The position numbers and the translations under genes are program-made. The notes under the pieces are model-generated. The model was not told the DNA's origin. It worked only from the letters and a program-made list of their open reading frames with translations, and ran no database searches. 64,000 bases of DNA from an uncultured delta proteobacterium (GTDB taxonomy: Bacteria > Myxococcota_A > Polyangia > Polyangiales > Houyiibacteriaceae). This document shows positions 58,717 through 64,000 of this stretch, one piece after another. The DNA is taken from positions 128,001 through 192,000 of the forward strand of contig CAVOVB010000005.1 in assembly GCA_963699755.1 (NCBI GenBank). Reading direction: 5' to 3'. Within the stretch, counting starts at the first letter, position 1, and every line of letters starts with the position of its first letter.

Positions 58717-59657
58717 GCGATCATATGGGGACGGTGAAGGTGCATCGTCGCCCGCTCGAACCGCGCCTCGCGCGCCCTGGAGGCGACATGGAGAAGCGCC
58801 TTGTCGCGCTCCCAGCGTTTTCGTTCGTCATTGGGCGCGGCGTTCAAGAGCTTCGCGAAAGCGTCGCAGCTGACGAGCTCCGTCACGCGCTGATGGACTC
58901 CGTGAAGCGCAATGTGCACGCGTGGATCGAGGGGCGGGCTTTCGCGAAGTCGATCGAGCGCCACCAGGTCTGCGGTGAGCTCTGCAATCAAGGCTGCGGA
59001 TGAACGCACGCGGCTAGCCAATCCCAGCAGATAGCCGATGGTGGCCCCCAGTACGTGGATATCCTCGGTGGTCCGAAACGGCTTCACGTACCCGAGGTAG
59101 CCGTCACCCGGCAGCCGTTCGCTACGAAGCACCTCGACCCCTTCGAACCGGACGCTCGTGTGAGGGACTTCGGGAACGAAGGGTGTTGCGGGCAGCTCAT
59201 GAAGCACGACGCCTTTGCGGTTCGCGGGGATCGCGACGACGGCGAGGTCGGGCCGGCCGTCGGGTCGTTCACCTTCCCTGGCGACGATGATGAGAGTCTC
59301 TGCGTAGCTCCCAAACGTCACGAAAGTCTTCATGCCATCTAGCTCGTAGTCGTCGGCCTTCGGCGTTAGCGTGGACTCGATCGCGCGCGGTGCGTTCCCC
59401 TTGGCTTCGGTGACACAGAGCGCAGACGGAATCCGCACCCCTTCGATCATCTGCTCGAGTGCGGCTGGGTAGCCCGCCGCGAATGCGAAGCCGAGCCGAT
59501 CGACCTCGGACGAAACGAGAACGGCCGCCGCGAGCGGAGAAGCACCGGCCCTACGCTTGCTCCGATACGCCCCCCAGACTTCCCAGAGATCCCGCATCGG
59601 CGAGGTGGCTGCGTCCCCCGAAAGCACATCGAGCACGGTCGGCCCCTTCCGGTCCAC
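58713..59657 (-). CDS. Acyl-CoA dehydrogenase-like protein (short form)
   Basis: ALCVTE, LDGMKTFVT, VPEVPH and GDGY..YVKPFRT.ED. Confidence 0.75.
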   Translation of the reverse strand: MDRKGPTVLDVLSGDAATSPMRDLWEVWGAYRSKRRAGASPLAAAVLVSSEVDRLGFAFAAGYPAALEQMIEGVRIPSALCVTEAKGNAPRAIESTLTPKADDYELDGMKTFVTFGSYAETLIIVAREGERPDGRPDLAVVAIPANRKGVVLHELPATPFVPEVPHTSVRFEGVEVLRSERLPGDGYLGYVKPFRTTEDIHVLGATIGYLLGLASRVRSSAALIAELTADLVALDRLRESPPLDPRVHIALHGVHQRVTELVSCDAFAKLLNAAPNDERKRWERDKALLHVASRAREARFERATMHLHRPHMIA

Positions 59658-59843
59658 GGGCGGAACCTAGCACCCAAAGGCCCGAAATTGGAGCTGTCGA
59701 CGATATGCAGTTCATCGACGGCATTCTGTCGGCGACCTCTCGTTGACGAGGGCCGAAAAGACCGGGATAACTTCTCTCTCGACGGGCACCCAGCGTGCCC
59801 TTTGGAGTCGAAGACAAGCATCACATCGGAGGAAAGAGAAGCC

Positions 59844-60263
59844 ATGCCAGAGCTCAAAGGCAGTAAGACCCACGAAAACCTCGCAGCTGCGTTCGCTGGT
59901 GAGTCCCAGGCCAACCGACGCTACCTGTACTTTGCCAAGGTCGCCGACGTCGAAGGGTACCCCGAGGTTGCAGGCAACTTTCGTGAGACCGCGGAAGGGG
60001 AAACCGGCCACGCGCACGGACACCTCGACTATCTGAAGAAAGTTGGCGATCCGGCCACGGGCTTGCCAATCGGAGACACCGCTCTCAACCTCGCAGCCGC
60101 AGTCGCTGGCGAGACGCACGAGTACACCGACATGTACCCGGGCTTCGCGAAGACCGCACGTGAAGAGGGATTCGGCGAGATCGCCGACTGGTTTGAGACC
60201 TTGGCAAAAGCGGAGAAGTCCCACGCAGGCCGCTTCCAGTCGCTACTCGACGACATCTCCTAG
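59844..60263 (+). CDS. Rubrerythrin family protein lacking the rubredoxin domain
   Basis: [31 protein letters not shown] and AEKSHA; purine-rich RBS (ggaggaaagag) upstream. Confidence 0.95.
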   Translation: MPELKGSKTHENLAAAFAGESQANRRYLYFAKVADVEGYPEVAGNFRETAEGETGHAHGHLDYLKKVGDPATGLPIGDTALNLAAAVAGETHEYTDMYPGFAKTAREEGFGEIADWFETLAKAEKSHAGRFQSLLDDIS

Positions 60264-60281
60264 TCAGGGCCATCGAAGCGC

Positions 60282-61673
60282 GTGAGCGAAGAAAGCAAGA
60301 GGCAGATCTCGTACCAGCCCACCGACGGGTTGAGCTACGATCCCAGCGAAGTGAAGTACTGGGACGAAGACGCGCTCGACAAGGAAATCGAGCGCGTCTT
60401 CGAGGTGTGCCACGGCTGCCGCATGTGCTTCAAATACTGTGACTCGTTTCCAATCCTGTTCTCCGCAATCGACGAACAGCACGATGGTGATGTTCGAAAG
60501 CTGACGCCACTCGACACGCAGCGGGTCATGGACGCTTGCTTTCAGTGCAAGCTCTGCGAGGTGCAGTGCCCCTATACCCCACGTGACGGGCACGAGTTCA
60601 AAGTAGATTTCCCGAAGCTCGTGCACCGCTACGATGCGATCCGGTATCGTAAGCACGAGCAACAGCACAAGCTGCGTCTGAAACTCCTCGAAGACCCGGA
60701 CCGGACGAGCGCCATGGCTCGAGCCAGCTTCGGCGTGGCGAACGTGATGAACCGCGTAGGCATTCATCGATGGTTCATGGAGAAGCTGGTAGGGATCGAT
60801 CGACGCAAGCTCTTGCCGGATTTTGCGCAGATGACCTTCGAGTCCTGGGCGAGAAACGCCGGTTTGATGGACAAGGGTGTCGGCGGCGAAGCCGTGCTTT
60901 TTCAAACCTGCTACGTGCAAGGCAATGAACCCCAGATTGGGATCGATACCGTCGAGGTGTTCGAGAAGAACGGCGTCGACGTTCGCTGTGAAAAGGGACT
61001 CGAGTGCTGCGGTATGCCGGCTTGGGAAGGCGGCAATCTCGAGCTTCTGCAAAAGAAGGCACATGCCAACCTGGATCGGTTGATGCCCTACGTGGGCGCC
61101 GGCGCAAAGGTGGTCGCGCTCAATCCAACCTGCTCGATGATGCTTCGGCGCGAATACCCCGAGCTGCTCGAAGGCGCGGACCGCGAGCGCGCCAAAGAGC
61201 TGGCCGCGGCAGTGGCGGACCCAAGCGAGTTCATCTGGTCGCTTCGCAAGGAACAACGATTCAACACCGAGTTCAAGAGCTCTCCCGGGCACCAGGTCGC
61301 CTACCATGCGCCCTGTCATCTCCGAACGCAGGGCATCGGCTTCAAGGGGCGAGATCTACTTCGCAAGATTCCGGGGGTGACCCCGGCGACGGTCATGGAG
61401 TGTTGCGGGCACGACGGCACGCACGCGATGACCGTCGAAGGCTTCGAGTACTCGATTCGAGTCGGTCAGAAGGCATTCGACGAGATGAAAGAGGCCAACG
61501 CGGAGATCTGGGCGACCGATTGTCCCCTGGCCGCGATTCAGTTCCAACAGCATGCCGGGGTCAAACCCTTGCATCCCATGTCGATCCTCGCGCGGGCCTA
61601 TCGCCAGGATGGCTTCGACGCTCCCAAGGCGTTACCCTCCGGACAGCAGCCTGAAGGAGAGCTGAAAAAGTGA
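60282..61673 (+). CDS. Fe-S oxidoreductase (GlpC/HdrD-like, two CCG domains)
   Basis: CHGCRMCFKYC, CFQCKLCEVQCP and ECCG (x2). Confidence 0.92.
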   Translation: MSEESKRQISYQPTDGLSYDPSEVKYWDEDALDKEIERVFEVCHGCRMCFKYCDSFPILFSAIDEQHDGDVRKLTPLDTQRVMDACFQCKLCEVQCPYTPRDGHEFKVDFPKLVHRYDAIRYRKHEQQHKLRLKLLEDPDRTSAMARASFGVANVMNRVGIHRWFMEKLVGIDRRKLLPDFAQMTFESWARNAGLMDKGVGGEAVLFQTCYVQGNEPQIGIDTVEVFEKNGVDVRCEKGLECCGMPAWEGGNLELLQKKAHANLDRLMPYVGAGAKVVALNPTCSMMLRREYPELLEGADRERAKELAAAVADPSEFIWSLRKEQRFNTEFKSSPGHQVAYHAPCHLRTQGIGFKGRDLLRKIPGVTPATVMECCGHDGTHAMTVEGFEYSIRVGQKAFDEMKEANAEIWATDCPLAAIQFQQHAGVKPLHPMSILARAYRQDGFDAPKALPSGQQPEGELKK

Positions 61674-62227
61674 AACCGGTCGATCGATCCGAGGTGCTCG
61701 ACTACGTGAGCTACGGCGAGCAGCGTGAACAGATTCGCGCCTCCGCGCTTCATGCGAAGTCGGTGCGCCGCATCCTCGTCGGCGAATATTTCACCTTTCT
61801 CTTCGAGAATCGCGAGACCGTTCGATATCAGGTCCAAGAAATGATGCGCATCGAGCGCATCGTCAAAGAGGCCGATATCCAGCACGAGCTCGACACTTAC
61901 AACGAGCTGATTCATCCGAAGGGAACAGTCGGTTGTACGCTCATGGTCGGCATCGACGACCAGGCGGAGCGCGACGTGAAGCTCCACGCCTGGATGGATC
62001 TCAATCAACACATCTACGCCAAGCTGCGCGACGGCACCCTGGTGCGGCCAAGCTGGGATCCTCGGCAGGTGGGCGACGATCGCCTCTCGACGGTCCAATA
62101 CCTTTCGTTCGAGATCGGCGAGGAGCCGCCCATCGCGATCGGCATCGGGATGCCGGGAATCGAGGCGGAAACCGAGCTCTCCGTGTCCCAACGAGATGCG
62201 CTCCGCGAGGACCTGACGGCGAGCTAG
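61670..62227 (+). CDS. DUF3501 family protein
   Basis: FENRETVRYQVQEMMRIE, ELDTYNELI and S.VQYL.F; typical third gene of rubrerythrin operons. Confidence 0.9.
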   Translation: MKPVDRSEVLDYVSYGEQREQIRASALHAKSVRRILVGEYFTFLFENRETVRYQVQEMMRIERIVKEADIQHELDTYNELIHPKGTVGCTLMVGIDDQAERDVKLHAWMDLNQHIYAKLRDGTLVRPSWDPRQVGDDRLSTVQYLSFEIGEEPPIAIGIGMPGIEAETELSVSQRDALREDLTAS

Positions 62228-62321
62228 CGCGGTCCGCTGCAAGAGCGGAACACAAGATCGACGCCAACTGTACTTGTCAGCAGGCCCAGGAGCCTTAACT
62301 TCTCACCCTAGGAGTACGTGA

Positions 62322-63155
62322 ATGCTGAGAATTCTGCTGTTTCTGGCAACAAACCTCGCCGTCATGTTCATGGCGGCGATCGCAATGGCGGTCCTCACCG
62401 CCCTTGGGGTGATTCCACCGGATGCGCCCTATGTGGCAATGCTGGTTTGGTGTGCGCTCTTCGGGTTCGGAGGCGCCATTTTTTCGTTGGCGATCTCGAA
62501 GTGGGTCGCGAAGCGGTCTACGAGGGCCCACGTCATCGAGAAACCCTCAAACGACATGGAGCAGTGGTTGTACAGCACGGTGCAGCGTCAGGCCGAGCAG
62601 GCAGGAATCGGCATGCCCGAGGTCGCGATTTTCGACTCGCCCGATCCAAACGCATTTGCGACCGGGATGTTTCGTAACAGCGCGCTCGTGGCCGTGAGCA
62701 CAGGCCTCTTGCGCCTGATGAACAAGGAGGAAGTCGAAGCGGTCCTCGGCCACGAGATCTCGCATGTAGCCAACGGTGACATGGTCACCCTGACGCTCAT
62801 CCAGGGTGTGCTCAATACCTTCGTCCTCTTCCTTGCCCGAATCATCGCCAGCCAATTCGAGCGCGGGAGGTTTTTCATCTACATGGCCCTGCAAATGGTG
62901 TTCGGCATCCTAGCGAGCATCATCGTGGCTTGGTTCTCTCGGCGCCGGGAGTTCAGGGCGGATGCCGGAGGCGCCAAGCTCCAAAGCTCCGCAGCGATGG
63001 CTTCCGCTCTCAATCGGCTCAAAGCCATGCGGGATGCGCCCTCGCAGCTCCCAGACAATCTAACCGCCTTTGGTATCCGCGGCGAAGGAATGCTCAAGCT
63101 GATGGCGACCCACCCTCCCCTCGAAGAGCGAATCGCGCGGCTCCAGGCCGGCTAG
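62322..63155 (+). CDS. htpX: Zinc metalloprotease HtpX
   Basis: PNAFATG, VSTGLL, HEISH, NGDMVT, REFRAD and THPPLEERI. Confidence 0.95.
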   Translation: MLRILLFLATNLAVMFMAAIAMAVLTALGVIPPDAPYVAMLVWCALFGFGGAIFSLAISKWVAKRSTRAHVIEKPSNDMEQWLYSTVQRQAEQAGIGMPEVAIFDSPDPNAFATGMFRNSALVAVSTGLLRLMNKEEVEAVLGHEISHVANGDMVTLTLIQGVLNTFVLFLARIIASQFERGRFFIYMALQMVFGILASIIVAWFSRRREFRADAGGAKLQSSAAMASALNRLKAMRDAPSQLPDNLTAFGIRGEGMLKLMATHPPLEERIARLQAG

Positions 63156-63216
63156 TCGGCAGGCGAATAGTTCCCGGTTCTTGCCATGAGGCCGGACCTT
63201 CGGTAGGACCCATCTC

Positions 63217-64000
63217 ATGGGGGCGCGGGGTTCGGTTTGTTGGGTCGCGATACTGGGCGTGATGCTGGTGGGCTGCAAGGAGGCCGAGCCGCGTCTCGAG
63301 CAAATCGAGATCGCTCCGGCACACCGGAGCTGCGAAGAGGGTGATGCATGCGGGGTCGTCGAAACGAGCTGCACGTCGCAGGGCTGTAAGTGCGGCGTGG
63401 CGGTCAATGTGGCGCATCTCCTCGACTACCAGAAGCAGCTTGCCGAGTGTCGCGGTCAAGATGAGCTGGCGACTTGCAATTTCGACTGCAAGAAGCCCTT
63501 TGGCAAATGCTTCAAGGGAGCTTGCGTCCTGACCAGCGAGCCGCCGGAGTTGTTTCGTCGCGGCCGAAGCGTGCAAGCGCTTTGTGAAGGCTCGCGCGGA
63601 ACCTATGTCGGCTGCCCGGAATGCCCGCCGAACGAGCGCTGCGAGTCCTGCAGGCCCTGCGTATGTCCATCCAGCCATCGCTGGACGACCGAAGGCTGCC
63701 GAGCGGTCGTACAGACTGCGGCGAGAGACATTCTGATCGAGACGCGGCCCTCGGTCGTCACTCCCTCCGACGAGGTGAAGACCCGAGTCCACAACAACTC
63801 GAAGCGCACGATCTGGCTGAAGACGATGTGCGGGACTCCGTTCTATCGCGTGCGCAAGAAGGAAGACGCCTGGGAGAAGGGCTACGAGCCCTTCCACGAG
63901 GTCAAATGCCGCCTAGGGTCGGTGGAGATCGCTCCAGGTAAGAATCGCCCCTTCGTCGTCGACAATCTTGCCAAATTCAGGCAGCCCTCCGGCGAAGCCG
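63217..64000 (+). CDS. Cys-rich lipoprotein, truncated by the window end
   Basis: Manual translation MGARGSVCWVAILGVMLVGCKEAEP... stays open to base 64000; LVGC lipobox and Cys clusters such as CPECPPNERCESCRPCVC. Absent from the ORF track because no stop falls in the window. Confidence 0.8.
   Translation, partial: MGARGSVCWVAILGVMLVGCKEAEPRLEQIEIAPAHRSCEEGDACGVVETSCTSQGCKCGVAVNVAHLLDYQKQLAECRGQDELATCNFDCKKPFGKCFKGACVLTSEPPELFRRGRSVQALCEGSRGTYVGCPECPPNERCESCRPCVCPSSHRWTTEGCRAVVQTAARDILIETRPSVVTPSDEVKTRVHNNSKRTIWLKTMCGTPFYRVRKKEDAWEKGYEPFHEVKCRLGSVEIAPGKNRPFVVDNLAKFRQPSGEA

Noticed and set aside
59680..59746. Possible Fur/PerR C-terminal remnant (IGAVDDMQFIDGIL) upstream of rubrerythrin
   Set aside because: Similarity is too weak and there is no CxxC motif.
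59743..59773. TTGACG...GATAAC sigma-70-like promoter before rubrerythrin
   Set aside because: The -35 is good but the -10 match is poor at 17-bp spacing; not supportable without TSS data.
63094..63897. 267-aa minus-strand ORF
   Set aside because: Shadow of the plus-strand Cys-rich lipoprotein, which has a clear signal peptide.

Overview
GC-rich bacterial window. The gene repertoire (Gly-rich lipoprotein linkers, STAS/SEC14-like protein, DUF1552-like remnant) suggests Myxococcota, possibly Polyangiales; this is inference. There are four blocks. (1) 1-6213: a signalling operon resembling the Ralstonia phcBSR fatty-acid-methyl-ester quorum-sensing system. It has a PilZ-like/PhcB-type methyltransferase, a membrane sensor with two histidine-kinase modules, an eroded duplicate of that kinase's 3' end, a PhcR-like receiver whose kinase domain has His->Glu in the H-box, and a STAS/SEC14-like gene. 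The probable 3' end of a Cfa-family methyltransferase lies just upstream. This is the best candidate for an undescribed system. (2) 6.2-28.4 kb: housekeeping and envelope genes (metal permease, sixA, ppx, flippase-sulfatase fusion, frameshifted FG-GAP lipoprotein, moaB, HIT, C69 peptidase, crotonase, sodB, phoD, DUF3604-PPIase-HupE/UreJ). (3) 28.5-58.7 kb: a ~30 kb mosaic Wzx/Wzy surface-polysaccharide locus with many tailoring enzymes and a sub-block bounded by 33-bp direct repeats. (4) 58.7-64 kb: acyl-CoA dehydrogenase-like gene, rubrerythrin/Fe-S oxidoreductase/DUF3501 operon, htpX and a truncated Cys-rich lipoprotein. I saw no rRNA, tRNA, CRISPR array or transposase. All family calls come from motif recognition by eye; no database searches were run.
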